DNA of 64,000 nucleotides from Terriglobia bacterium (GTDB lineage Bacteria; Acidobacteriota; Terriglobia; 20CM-2-55-15): NCBI GenBank assembly GCA_963664115.2, contig CAXWPJ010000005.1, positions 256,001 to 320,000 of the forward strand, read 5' to 3'. Shown piece by piece: positions 29,973 to 42,326 of this stretch (position 1 is its first letter; each line of letters starts with the position of its first letter). The notes under the pieces were generated by a model. It saw only the letters and a program-made list of their open reading frames with translations, ran no database searches and was not told where the DNA came from. The position numbers and the translations under genes were made by a program.

Positions 29973-31357
29973 GAGTTATAACCGAATCTGGTGTTTGAGG
30001 GATTGAATAAGAGCGGCGTATCTGGTTGATTTGTTGTGACAAAACTTCAAAGCAACCATAGGAGATACGCCACTGTGAGCAAGAGTAACGTGAATGGACC
30101 GGAAGGTCGAGAAACGATTGAGGATCCAGTAACAGAACTACTACGAGTTGGGGCACAGCAACTGATCCAACGCGCAGTGGAAGCCGAATTGGCAGAGCTG
30201 CTATCCCAGCACGGTGGCCGGCGAACTGAGACAGGAAACGCCGGGGTGGTACGCAACGGTTATCTGCCGGAACGCGAACTGCAGACGGGATTGGGTCCGG
30301 TAACAGTCCAAATCCCGAAGGTCCGTGCCAAGACGGGCGAAGCTGTGACGTTCCGATCGGCCCTGGTACCACCGTACATTCGGAAGACGAAGTCGCTGGA
30401 AGCAGCGGTGCCGTGGTTGTATTTGAAAGGCGTTTCCAGCGGCGAGATGGGTGAGGCCCTAAAAGTTCTTGTCGGTCCCCAGGCGCAGGGTCTGTCGGCG
30501 AGCACGGTATCGCGGTTGAAACAGGTTTGGGGCGAACAGTACCGCCTCGGATGCGAGGAGCGTTTGGATGCAGATCGCTGGGTCTATGTCTGGGCCGACG
30601 GCATCTACAGCGGACTTCGGGCGGAACAAACCAAGTTGTGTGCATTGGTCGTGATCGGCGTGAATGAACGCGGAGAGAAGCGTTTCCTGGCGATCGAAGA
30701 CGGTGTACGGGAATCGACACAGAGTTGGCGCGAGGTCTTGTTGAAGCTGAAGTCCCGTGGGATGAATGTTCCGAAGTTGGCCATCGGTGACGGTGCGATG
30801 GGGTTCTGGGCCGCACTGGAGGAAATCTATCCCGAGACACGTCAACAACGTTGCTGGATGCACAAAGTCATGAACGTCCTCAACTGCCTGCCCAAGTCGG
30901 TCCAGGCGAAGGCGAAACAGGCCCTGCACTCGATCTGGCAGGCCGAGACGAAGGCAGACGCCGAGAAGGCATTCGACTTGTTCATTGAAACCTATGAACC
31001 GAAGTATCCGAAAGCCACACTCTGCCTGCAGAAAGACAGAGAGGAACTGCTGGCCTTTTACGACTTTCCGGCCAAGCACTGGCAGAGCATCAGAACGACG
31101 AATCCCATTGAGTCGACCTTTGCCACCATTCGACACCGAACGAAGCGATCCAGAGGTTGCCTGACACGGGATGGCATGCTGCACATGATGTTCAAACTGG
31201 GCCAGTGCGCTGAGAACAATTGGCGACGATTACGAGGATTCGATGATCTGAGCAAGGTAATCATCGGAGTGAAATTCAACGATGGTGTCGAAGCGACACA
31301 AGTCGATCAGGCCGCCGCTTGAATCAATCTCCTAAACACCACTTTTGACAATAACTC
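29973..31357 (+). mobile_element. IS256-family element copy 1 (1385 bp; transposase 30036-31322)
   Basis: Ends GAGTTATAACCGAATCTGGTGTTT / AAACACCACTTTTGACAATAACTC; RNGY, WADG, IGDG, QRCWMH, RTTNPIES; no TSD seen. Confidence 0.93.
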
Positions 31358-31971
31358 ACTCGTGGCCGACACGCCTGCGCTCATCAGTGTGCCCTGGGGA
31401 ACCGCTGTTAGAGGCCATTGCCAGGCGCTTCCCAGGCAACGCATTGTTGTAGAAGTGCAAGAGGGCATGGATCCAGATGAGGCCCTCTTCCAGTCACTCG
31501 CAAGGCTTTCGAAAGACGGCTATCAAGTTGCAATAGCAGATTCGCTCATACGGAGGAGCGACTACCCATTAGCCTCAATAGCGGACATCATCAAGCTCGA
31601 TTTTGCAGATCTCGGAAGGCCGGCCATCGGGAACCGTCTAGAAACCCTCAAGAAAGTTAAATCCAAGTTTTTAGCGGATCACGTGGAAACTCAAGACGAT
31701 TTTGAATTCGCTCGTGATGTGGGCTTCGATTACTTTCAGGGCTATTTCTTCTGCAAGCCCCAGGTCACAGGTGGAAATTTGTCGCTCAACCGCTTGGCTA
31801 CGATGCGGTTGTTGGCAGGCCTAGGAGATCTTGAGATTAACGTTCAAGAACTGGGAGAAATGATTAGCCAAGACCTGCCCTTGGCCTTCAAGTTGCTAGT
31901 GTTCGCCAACTCCGCCTATATCGGCTTACAGCGTGAGGTGGAATCGATAAGCCATGCAGTGAGCCTGGTGG
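31358..31971 (+). pseudogene. Internal fragment of an EAL/HDOD (YuxH-like) gene
   Basis: DIIKLD, VETQDDF, GFDYFQGYFFCKP, LAFKLL..ANS; both ends cut by IS256. Confidence 0.85.
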
Positions 31972-33356
31972 GAGTTATTGTCAAAAGTGGTGTTTAGGAG
32001 ATTGATTCAAGCGGCGGCCTGATCGACTTGTGTCGCTTCGACACCATCGTTGAATTTCACTCCGATGATTACCTTGCTCAGATCATCGAATCCTCGTAAT
32101 CGTCGCCAATTGTTCTCAGCGCACTGGCCCAGTTTGAACATCATGTGCAGCATGCCATCCCGTGTCAGGCAACCTCTGGATCGCTTCGTTCGGTGTCGAA
32201 TGGTGGCAAAGGTCGACTCAATGGGATTCGTCGTTCTGATGCTCTGCCAGTGCTTGGCCGGAAAGTCGTAAAAGGCCAGCAGTTCCTCTCTGTCTTTCTG
32301 CAGGCAGAGTGTGGCTTTCGGATACTTCGGTTCATAGGTTTCAATGAACAAGTCGAATGCCTTCTCGGCGTCTGCCTTCGTCTCGGCCTGCCAGATCGAG
32401 TGCAGGGCCTGTTTCGCCTTCGCCTGGACCGACTTGGGCAGGCAGTTGAGGACGTTCATGACTTTGTGCATCCAGCAACGTTGTTGACGTGTCTCGGGAT
32501 AGATTTCCTCCAGTGCGGCCCAGAACCCCATCGCACCGTCACCGATGGCCAACTTCGGAACATTCATCCCACGGGACTTCAGCTTCAACAAGACCTCGCG
32601 CCAACTCTGTGTCGATTCCCGTACACCGTCTTCGATCGCCAGGAAACGCTTCTCTCCGCGTTCATTCACGCCGATCACGACCAATGCACACAACTTGGTT
32701 TGTTCCGCCCGAAGTCCGCTGTAGATGCCGTCGGCCCAGACATAGACCCAGCGATCTGCATCCAAACGCTCCTCGCATCCGAGGCGGTACTGTTCGCCCC
32801 AAACCTGTTTCAACCGCGATACCGTGCTCGCCGACAGACCCTGCGCCTGGGGACCGACAAGAACTTTTAGGGCCTCACCCATCTCGCCGCTGGAAACGCC
32901 TTTCAAATACAACCACGGCACCGCTGCTTCCAGCGACTTCGTCTTCCGAATGTACGGTGGTACCAGGGCCGATCGGAACGTCACAGCTTCGCCCGTCTTG
33001 GCACGGACCTTCGGGATTTGGACTGTTACCGGACCCAATCCCGTCTGCAGTTCGCGTTCCGGCAGATAACCGTTGCGTACCACCCCGGCGTTTCCTGTCT
33101 CAGTTCGCCGGCCACCGTGCTGGGATAGCAGCTCTGCCAATTCGGCTTCCACTGCGCGTTGGATCAGTTGCTGTGCCCCAACTCGTAGTAGTTCTGTTAC
33201 TGGATCCTCAATCGTTTCTCGACCTTCCGGTCCATTCACGTTACTCTTGCTCACAGTGGCGTATCTCCTATGGTTGCTTTGAAGTTTTGTCACAACAAAT
33301 CAACCAGATACGCCGCTCTTATTCAATCCCTCAAACACCAGATTCGGTTATAACTC
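31972..33356 (-). mobile_element. IS256-family element copy 2
   Basis: Same 428-aa transposase (32007-33293) and ends, inverted. Confidence 0.93.
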
Positions 33357-33389
33357 CCAATCGAAGGTTGGTCGCCTTAGCGGAAAGTG

Positions 33390-33504
33390 GTGGTTTCGAT
33401 TCTCAAGGTCCGAGAAGATGATTTGTCAGGACTTGAGAATCATTTTCAAGGTCACCTAGGGCACTGGCACCCGTTCCTCCAGTTCCTCAAACCAGTTGAG
33501 GACG
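33390..33504 (-). pseudogene. Remnant 3' tip of a paralogous Ser/Thr kinase gene with its downstream flank
   Basis: Encodes VLNWFEELEERVPVP*; similar to 35909-36012. Confidence 0.7.
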
Positions 33505-33720
33505 TTCGTTTTTCGGAGCGCTGGAAAGCCTACCGGGTTTCCCGTTCTTCCACGTTGTCACAGCCGCGAATTTATTACCAGTCGTGCAGCGTCGGTGATA
33601 AAATATTCTGATGGAGAAAACTTTCGATGCGCACTAAGAAAGTTGACGAACGGTATTGGCGGAAGTTGAGAAACCCCGTCTAGAAGGGGACCCGAAGCTG
33701 GAAAAGAGAAGGGGAGTCCA

Positions 33721-34068
33721 ATGGCAGTAACAGAGTCGACGGTAATTACGCTCACCAAGAAGGCGGAAGACAAGGTAAAGGAGATTCTGGCCGACCAGGG
33801 CGAGGGGTACGCCGGTTTGCGAATTCAGGTGGTCGGTGGTGGATGTTCGGGTTATTCCTACCGGATGGGTTTCGACAAGACATGGAACGAGGATACGGAT
33901 CAAGTTCTCGATTTCGACGGCCTAAAGGTCTTCATCGATCGCGCGAGTTTGCTCCAGGTGGCCGGTGCGGAAATCGACTATGTCGATGGTCTCCAGGGTG
34001 CCGGCTTCAAATTCAACAACCCGAACGCCACAGGTACTTGCGGTTGCGGCGAGTCATTCAGTACCTAA
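33721..34068 (+). CDS. iscA: A-type Fe-S carrier (HesB/IscA/ErpA)
   Basis: GGGCSG and NPNA..TCGCGESF motifs. Confidence 0.9.
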   Translation: MAVTESTVITLTKKAEDKVKEILADQGEGYAGLRIQVVGGGCSGYSYRMGFDKTWNEDTDQVLDFDGLKVFIDRASLLQVAGAEIDYVDGLQGAGFKFNNPNATGTCGCGESFST

Positions 34069-34085
34069 GCGTTGAGGATCGAGCG

Positions 34086-34529
34086 ATGGCATATTCAGAT
34101 AAAGTTGTCGACCACTACAATAACCCGCGCAACGTCGGTTCGTTCAAGAGGGATGAGGACAACGTTGGCACCGGACTGGTGGGTGCCCCCGAGTGTGGGG
34201 ATGTGATGAAATTGCAGATTAAGGTTGATGAAGACAGCGGCATCATCGAGGATGCCAAGTTCAAGACGTTCGGTTGTGGCAGCGCGATCGCCAGCTCCAG
34301 TTTGGCGACGGAGTGGGTAAAGGGAAAGACACTGGATGAGGCGCTCACGATCAAGAATACCGAGATCGTCAAAGAACTCAGTCTACCTCCTGTCAAGATC
34401 CACTGCTCGGTCCTGGCTGAGGATGCGATCAAGGGAGCTATCTCGGACTGGAAGGCTAAGCATCCAAACAATGAAAACCTGTCGACCAAACCAAATTCGG
34501 TGAGGAAGCCAATTGTCTCGCGGCCTTGA
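34086..34529 (+). CDS. iscU: Fe-S cluster scaffold IscU
   Basis: MAYSDKVVDHY, GAPECGD, FGCGSAIASSS, LPPVKIHC. Confidence 0.95.
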   Translation: MAYSDKVVDHYNNPRNVGSFKRDEDNVGTGLVGAPECGDVMKLQIKVDEDSGIIEDAKFKTFGCGSAIASSSLATEWVKGKTLDEALTIKNTEIVKELSLPPVKIHCSVLAEDAIKGAISDWKAKHPNNENLSTKPNSVRKPIVSRP

Positions 34530-34778
34530 TCTCTCCGAACTACAACCCGACCCTAGTTGGTAAAACGCCGCTCTTGAAAAACCAAATGCGCTTGCTTCTG
34601 AGTTACCACACGCGCACAGTATTCCTACTTAGAATCAGTAGCTTAGACTAGCTTTCGTGGTAGAAAACAGAGAGGTTTCTGAGCAGTCCGCAGATATAAT
34701 TCCGGTGGGTGCGCGCGTAATCTCTCCGTCAAGGGCAAGCGCTCCCATGCCTGGCCGACCCTCTTTCTCGATTGATCC

Positions 34779-34800
34779 GGGGGGGGGGGGGGGGGGGGGG
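34779..34800 (+). repeat. Poly-G homopolymer (22 G)
   Basis: Direct observation, 40 bp upstream of the Rieske start. Confidence 0.9.
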
Positions 34801-34840
34801 CCAGGCGATCTTGCTCACAAACGAGGAGGGCAATAACGAT

Positions 34841-35152
34841 ATGAGTGAACTGCAGACGGTAGCGAGTAAGGGTGACGTCTCACCGGGCCAGTGCGTTGCT
34901 GTAGACGTTGGGGGCCAACAGGTGGCCTTGTTCAACGTCGAGGGCAATTACTTTGCGATTGGCGGTACGTGCACGCACCGCGGAGGAACTCTTGCCGACG
35001 GACAGGTCGATTCAATGACGGTAACCTGTCCCTTGCACAGGGCCAAGTTTGACATAAGAACAGGTGCCGCGATCGGCCCGCCCGCTTCCACGGGCGTTCC
35101 CGCGTACAACGTTGTGGTTGAGGACGACGACATCAAGATTGAAATGCCGTGA
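34841..35152 (+). CDS. Rieske-type ferredoxin
   Basis: CTHRGG and CPLH motifs; RBS GAGGAGG. Confidence 0.9.
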   Translation: MSELQTVASKGDVSPGQCVAVDVGGQQVALFNVEGNYFAIGGTCTHRGGTLADGQVDSMTVTCPLHRAKFDIRTGAAIGPPASTGVPAYNVVVEDDDIKIEMP

Positions 35153-35425
35153 ACACGCGTTACGGATTCTGAATCTTGTTCTACATTCATCAAGAGGAGA
35201 CTTACAGGGGTCCCGTCGAATCCCAAGCACAGATCCTTGTCGGAGATTTCCTTCTGGGATGCTTTACGCGGATTGTTCACGGCCTGCTAGCTTCACGCAC
35301 GGGTTAGCCAACATCAAAGGTCTTCGTACACCTCGTTCTTTACGCGAAAACCAGACTTTGCCAGACTCAGTTGGCACGTTGGCTGGCGGGCTCTCATATT
35401 GTTTGCCCAAACCTGAGAACGGGGG

Positions 35426-35668
35426 CTAGGAGCCTTGGCTTTCGAGGAACGCCCGTCCCTTGTCTGTGAGCTGAAACATCCCGGCGTCATGGTCGACGGT
35501 GACGTACTCGTCCGCAACGAGACCCTCCATGAGTTGCGAGAAAGCCTGATGCCCAGCCTGATAAAAGACCAGGCTATGGGTGTGGAGATCCCGCATGGGG
35601 ATCGAGCCGCCCTTCTTCGTTATGAACTTCAGCAAGCCCTGTCGGGCCGCCTGGATGTCCGTGCCCAT
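35426..35668 (-). CDS. Small hypothetical protein, possible winged helix
   Basis: C-terminal 'FQLTDKGRAFLE' typical of wHTH wings. Confidence 0.55.
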   Translation of the reverse strand: MGTDIQAARQGLLKFITKKGGSIPMRDLHTHSLVFYQAGHQAFSQLMEGLVADEYVTVDHDAGMFQLTDKGRAFLESQGS

Positions 35669-35699
35669 TTTGCTGCCGTTTTGTTATCCTGATTGCACT

Positions 35700-35903
35700 A
35701 TGAAATTCAAAATTGGCGACAAAGTTCAGCCTATTGGCGACAAAATTCGTTTAGCCTCCGTTCGTCCAGTCATGACTGTGATCTCCCTCAAAGAAGACCA
35801 GGGACTAGTTACCTGCACTTGGCCCTACAAAGGCACAATGAAAGAAAGCAACTTCGCCGAAGACGCGGTCGAAAGCTTCCAAGTCCCTAGTCCCCCTGCG
35901 TAA
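35700..35903 (+). CDS. YodC/DUF2158-like small protein
   Basis: MKFKIGDKV..PVMTV..VTCTW..F.E pattern. Confidence 0.65.
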   Translation: MKFKIGDKVQPIGDKIRLASVRPVMTVISLKEDQGLVTCTWPYKGTMKESNFAEDAVESFQVPSPPA

Positions 35904-37257
35904 AGGGATGATTTCAATTCTCAACTTCCGCGAAGATGATTTATCGGGACTTGACCTCGAAAATCAGGGAATCGGAACCCGTTCCTTCAGTTCTTCAAAC
36001 CAGTTGAGGACGATGTTGATTTGGGGGCGGGATGAACTACCATCCGAGATCTCTCCCTCCGACACCATGATGAATCCTTCACCTGCGCCGTCGATGTCGT
36101 ATCCCGAGACATTGCCAGACATGCGGAATCCAGCGACTGGGAACAACTCACGCTGTCTACCAAGCACGAAAGTGGGACTGGTCTGAATCGGTACGGCCAT
36201 GAGATTCCCAGATAAACTCCGGTAGTACAACTCGCTCCCGTCTCTCGCCCAAATCGGTGCCGTGCCGCCACCATCAGAAACGAGTCGTTGCGTGCCCTGA
36301 GGATACGGCCTCACATAGACTTCATCCAGACCGGACTCATCTGAACGATACGCTAGCCACTGACCGTCAGGGGAGAACATCGCCATTCTTTCGTTTGCGG
36401 GCGTGGCCAGATGCTCCGACGCCGAACTATCTTCAAGTTGAAGGGTCCAGATGTCTCCGCCTACGCGTCCCTCAACTACTTCCTCGTAAAATGCTAAGAC
36501 ACCATCAGAGGAGACATCCGTTGGCCGTGGCCGAACTTCACTCTGAAAGAGCAACTCAGCCTCACCGCTTCCGTCAGCGGCTTTCTGGTAGAGCGCAGAG
36601 AGGTCTCTCTGAAACACGACCGTCTGGCTGTTGGCGGTCCAGGTCGGGTATTGGTTATTTGTCCCCTCAAACGTCAATTGCCTTCCCAACCCGTTCTCAA
36701 TATCAACAATCCAAATGTGAGTGGTGAGACCGCCCCCCCCGGCGGTCGAAACTTCGGCGGCGACACGGCTTCCGTCAGGGGACAGGCGAAGGCGGAAGTA
36801 ATCTCTCAGTTCGTCCGTCAAGGGAATAGCGTTTCCTTCGAGATCCACCGTCACCAGGCTCCTCTGGATGATTGCCGCTTGGGTTCCTCCCACCACATAA
36901 GCAAGCGTTCCATTGTCCGAAACGAGGTAATTCGCAGTGTCCCAGATACCGTTACTCGAACGCTGGACTCCTTCAACAATAGAAACGGAGCCTCCGGTGC
37001 GTTCAAGACTTTCCAGATCAAACGGGAACGCAAAAAGGGAATTTGCCTGCGCATACACGATGTGCCCACTGGGTAGGTATCGTGGGGCGCTGCCTCCCTC
37101 CAAGATCACCTTTCGTTCGTTAGAATCCAAGTTATGGACAGCAATCTGCGCTTCGTCCCAAGTTCCATCGCCGAGTTTCACCGAAGACAGCACCCAGTCC
37201 CCACCAGGTAATATCTGCGGACTGCCAAACTCTTCGTCATCCTGGGCTGCAACTAGG

Positions 37258-39104
37258 CCCAAAACAAGCGCATAACCAGTCCGCCGAGGCCCAGTTCGCG
37301 CCGATAGAATTCGAGGCATAGAATCCCGTTCCCGGATGGCCTGTTCCAGGTATCGAGTTTCTGTTGAATCTGTTTCAGTTCAGCCTCGCTGGTGTTGGAC
37401 GGTTGACAGAAACCGGGACCTCGATCGCCCGGGCTCAGAGTCATGATCGGGTCAACATCGCAGAGGCTGACGCAACACATCCACCCCGCGGAACAAGACC
37501 GGCAACCACCGGTTCCAGGCCAGGATCCGGAACAGAATGCGCCGCCCGGTGCGCACGAGTTGGCACGGCACAAGCATGAAAGCGTTCAAGAAGGTTTTGA
37601 ACTCCATGCGCAGCACGGTTTGCTTCTCAGCCTGATATTTTTGGCCCCAACGTCCGGTTTCGGGAAGCAGCAATGCAAACCACGCTTTCAGTGTCCAGGC
37701 CAGTGACGCGATCACCATGTAGGCCCAGTTGCTGGTCTGATCTCCGACCGGCATCCGCAACGCCTGAACGCCGTTCTTCAACTGCTCAATGAGATTCTCC
37801 TGATTGCACCGTTGATTGGCACGCATCACAATCTGGTCGGCCGGATCCGAACGGTTGGTAATGTAGAAGAAGTACCGGATGTCGTCAAACAACACCTGCT
37901 CTCCTTTGGCCACCGACAGATTCTTCCGCACCACGACGACACGGTAGTCCCGATCGCAGGCTCCGGGTCGATACCGAAACTCGGCCACATCCTCACCCTG
38001 CAAGCGGATATTGTCGAAACCGCGCTGCCGAACGATCTCTTCCTTCACGTTGTCGGGACGTTGGCGCGGTTCGGTCGCCACGTCGTATTTCGCGGGCCGT
38101 TCCAGGCGCTTCCACTGGCGCGGCTCCAGTTCATCGGCCCGGGCCTTCAGGTTCGCCATCGCGTCAATCCCGAATATGAAACCCACCTGCTGGTCGTCCC
38201 ATCCGTCCAGATGCCGGGTCTGGCTGAAGTCCGTGTCCCCGCGCAGCAGGATCTGGCGAAACCCCGCATGCCGGCACAATGCGATGGCTTGGTCGAACCG
38301 GACCGCGGCTCCTTCATGCGACGGCCGGTTGCCGCTACGATTGACCAGATACAGCGGTTCGGCGGTGTTGGCCAGCGAGATCATCAGCGGGTGATATCCC
38401 CACGTCCCGTCGTAGGCCACGTCCATCCCTTGCTTGCATTCCCCCGTGGTTTCGGCCAGTGTCCCGTCCGCGTCCAACACCGCTTCTTCGAAAAACGCCG
38501 CCGGTTGCTGTCGCCAGACTCCGAGCCGGACTTGATTGGTTGCCTCCATCAGACACTCCACGTCGTCGGCCTCGAATCTTCGGCAGAAGTCTCCCGCCGT
38601 CGTCGGATCCGGAATCCGTTGCGCTCCCAGCGCATCCAGATACACCGCATCGTTGCGCCGCAGTTCGATGTCTTCCAGGCACGTTCCTCCGCTCAAGGCG
38701 TTGTAGGCGATGTTCAGCACGTGATCCGACTCGTGATACGGCAGGTGCCGCTTCAACACATGCACGCCCTTGTCGATGGCTTCGATCAGCCCGGTCCGCC
38801 GCGCCACCAGTTGCATCGTCCCGATACCACCAACCGATGTGCCCCGCGTCCGCTCTCCCATCTCGTACTGAATGTTGCTCGCCGAAAACATCGGCTCTAC
38901 CTGATCCGTCCAATGCCGGTCCCCAAGCCGACGTTCGATTCGCCGCTTGCGGTTCCTCATGTTCTTGCGCGTATAATCGTTCATCTGAAATGCCTCCTTT
39001 TCCGAAGAATCTGTCCAAGGTTTTTTTCGCACGGAGAGGGGGCATTTCGGGTACTTCCGCTCTTATTGCACTATCATTTCCTCGTCAATCACGCTTGTTC
39101 AGGG
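37258..39104 (-). mobile_element. IS1380-family element copy 2
   Basis: 1847 bp, TSD ACTAGG; about 2 SNPs versus copies 1 and 3. Confidence 0.9.
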
Positions 39105-40309
39105 ACTAGGACTTCAGGTGTGCCTCCGTTTGATGGAATCTGTACAATTCCGTCGGGCTGGGAAAACAGGAGTGTGTCGTCGTTTGCAGTCCAACTCATG
39201 GTCCTGGGATTACCACCTATATCGCCTTCTTCCCAGACCGTAACTGCAGTTCCGCCGATTACGGGGATTCTCCTTACGGCACGCATGTCCCTGTTGAAGT
39301 AGACGACGGACTCTCCATCAGGTGACAACACCGGCTGGGTCGCGAGCGGTTCGTCTGCACCTCGAATTGGTCGTGACGCCATTTCACTTAGGTTGAGTAA
39401 GTGGAGCTGGCCGTTCGCGAGATAGACCAGTCTACTACCGTTCGCTGAAAGGGATACTACGTTGCCTGCAGGGCTCGAGAATTGTTGCGCTTCAGGCAGG
39501 ACGAACGGGAACCGAATGACTTGACCAGGTTCGGGTGGCGGCCTCAGGTTCCATCCTGCCATGCCCGCGATGACTCCAAAAAGAACTGCTGCAACCCACG
39601 GCAGTTTTGACGACGGAGTTCTATGCAGAACTTCGGCAACCGGATGGGCCATGACACCACTCGGATCGGCCAACACCTTCTTAATATCTACCCTCACATC
39701 GCCAATGTCTTGGAACCGTTCCGCGACGGGCTTTTCAAGGCACCGTTCCACTGCTTCTCGAAGTCGTGGATGGAGATTTGCGGGCAGCGTGTCCCATTCG
39801 GGTTCAGAACGGATCACCGCTGCGAGAGACTCGGTAACGTCCGAAGCACCGAAGGACTGCCCCCCTGTCAGCATCTCAAACAGGACACAACCAAACGCCC
39901 ACACGTCGGTCCGCTTATCGACTGTTCGACCCTTGGCTTGTTCTGGCGACATGTACGCCGCAGTGCCTAAGATGACACCTTGCTGCGTCGCGGCCATGCT
40001 CAACGTCGGCGAGTTCGACACCGTAGCCTCGGCCTCATCACCGGCGAACGCTTTAGCTAAACCAAAGTCGAGCACCTTTACCTTGTCGTCGTCGGTGACC
40101 TTGATGTTCAGAGGCTTGAGATCCCTATGGATGACACCTTTGTCGTGGGCTGCTTTGAGGGCATCGGCGATCTGAAGAGCCATCTTGAGTGAATCTTCAA
40201 CAGGGATGGGACCACGGTTGAGGCGGTCTGCTAAGGTGTCGCCTTCGACCAATTCCAGAACTAGGAATCGAGTACCGTTCGATTCTTCCAGTCCGTAGAT
40301 TGCGGCTAT

Positions 40310-41694
40310 GAGTTATAACCGAATCTGGTGTTTGAGGGATTGAATAAGAGCGGCGTATCTGGTTGATTTGTTGTGACAAAACTTCAAAGCAACCATAGGA
40401 GATACGCCACTGTGAGCAAGAGTAACGTGAATGGACCGGAAGGTCGAGAAACGATTGAGGATCCAGTAACAGAACTACTACGAGTTGGGGCACAGCAACT
40501 GATCCAACGCGCAGTGGAAGCCGAATTGGCAGAGCTGCTATCCCAGCACGGTGGCCGGCGAACTGAGACAGGAAACGCCGGGGTGGTACGCAACGGTTAT
40601 CTGCCGGAACGCGAACTGCAGACGGGATTGGGTCCGGTAACAGTCCAAATCCCGAAGGTCCGTGCCAAGACGGGCGAAGCTGTGACGTTCCGATCGGCCC
40701 TGGTACCACCGTACATTCGGAAGACGAAGTCGCTGGAAGCAGCGGTGCCGTGGTTGTATTTGAAAGGCGTTTCCAGCGGCGAGATGGGTGAGGCCCTAAA
40801 AGTTCTTGTCGGTCCCCAGGCGCAGGGTCTGTCGGCGAGCACGGTATCGCGGTTGAAACAGGTTTGGGGCGAACAGTACCGCCTCGGATGCGAGGAGCGT
40901 TTGGATGCAGATCGCTGGGTCTATGTCTGGGCCGACGGCATCTACAGCGGACTTCGGGCGGAACAAACCAAGTTGTGTGCATTGGTCGTGATCGGCGTGA
41001 ATGAACGCGGAGAGAAGCGTTTCCTGGCGATCGAAGACGGTGTACGGGAATCGACACAGAGTTGGCGCGAGGTCTTGTTGAAGCTGAAGTCCCGTGGGAT
41101 GAATGTTCCGAAGTTGGCCATCGGTGACGGTGCGATGGGGTTCTGGGCCGCACTGGAGGAAATCTATCCCGAGACACGTCAACAACGTTGCTGGATGCAC
41201 AAAGTCATGAACGTCCTCAACTGCCTGCCCAAGTCGGTCCAGGCGAAGGCGAAACAGGCCCTGCACTCGATCTGGCAGGCCGAGACGAAGGCAGACGCCG
41301 AGAAGGCATTCGACTTGTTCATTGAAACCTATGAACCGAAGTATCCGAAAGCCACACTCTGCCTGCAGAAAGACAGAGAGGAACTGCTGGCCTTTTACGA
41401 CTTTCCGGCCAAGCACTGGCAGAGCATCAGAACGACGAATCCCATTGAGTCGACCTTTGCCACCATTCGACACCGAACGAAGCGATCCAGAGGTTGCCTG
41501 ACACGGGATGGCATGCTGCACATGATGTTCAAACTGGGCCAGTGCGCTGAGAACAATTGGCGACGATTACGAGGATTCGATGATCTGAGCAAGGTAATCA
41601 TCGGAGTGAAATTCAACGATGGTGTCGAAGCGACACAAGTCGATCAGGCCGCCGCTTGAATCAATCTCCTAAACACCACTTTTGACAATAACTC
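40310..41694 (+). mobile_element. IS256-family element copy 3
   Basis: 9-bp TSD TGCGGCTAT at 40301-40309 and 41695-41703. Confidence 0.95.
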
Positions 41695-42133
41695 TGCGGC
41701 TATGTTGGGATGATTTAGAGATGCAAGGAGTTTCGCTTCACGTTCAAATCGAGAAAGCCGATCTGCGTCCTTCGCAAACTCTTCAGGCAGCGTCTTAATA
41801 GCAACTTCTCGCCCCAGCTTCGTATCCCGCGCACGCCACACCTCACCCAGCCCGCCCTTACCTAAGAGCGTTGAGATCTCGTAGTGGCCGAGTTTGGTGC
41901 CGGTTTCCATGTTTAAAGTGTGTAGCCGAAATTACCGTGAAAAACTCGGTAAAGAATACTAAGGCAGGGAGTTAGGTGCTAACAAATTCTCAAGTCCTGA
42001 GAAACGACCTTGTCGGACGTTGAGAATTGTCGAGCTTCGGTTGTGGCAGTATCCCGTTGAAATCGAAGGGAATATAGCTCATTGGGGGCGTATCGAGGAA
42101 CGACAGGCAAAAGGCCGGTAGCGGGCAGGTTAT

Positions 42134-42316
42134 CTACGGATGACGAATTAGTTCACCATTGAGGATGATTTCTGGAGGCGTCCGTTCGTCGCTGCCGTTG
42201 CACACCTCGCCACTGTCAAACTCGGCTCCTGCGCCTGCAGTCACTGCAATACAGAAAGGTGCCTGACCCGGTGCGATGCGGTCTTCTAACTCTTCAATGT
42301 TCGTGCTGAGTTCCAT
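42134..42316 (-). CDS. Small leader-core peptide C (60 aa)
   Basis: MELSTNIEELEDRIAP-GQAPFC...; RBS GGAGGA; paralogous to neighbours. Confidence 0.8.
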   Translation of the reverse strand: MELSTNIEELEDRIAPGQAPFCIAVTAGAGAEFDSGEVCNGSDERTPPEIILNGELIRHP

Positions 42317-42326
42317 TGATCCTCCA

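Larger units (their letters stand above)
35964..41910 (-). pseudogene. Hanks-type Ser/Thr kinase with TM and TolB/PD40 beta-propeller (~899 aa), interrupted by IS256 and IS1380
   Basis: [36 protein letters not shown] repeats, LNWFEEL; removing both IS plus TSDs leaves 2700 nt. Confidence 0.9.
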
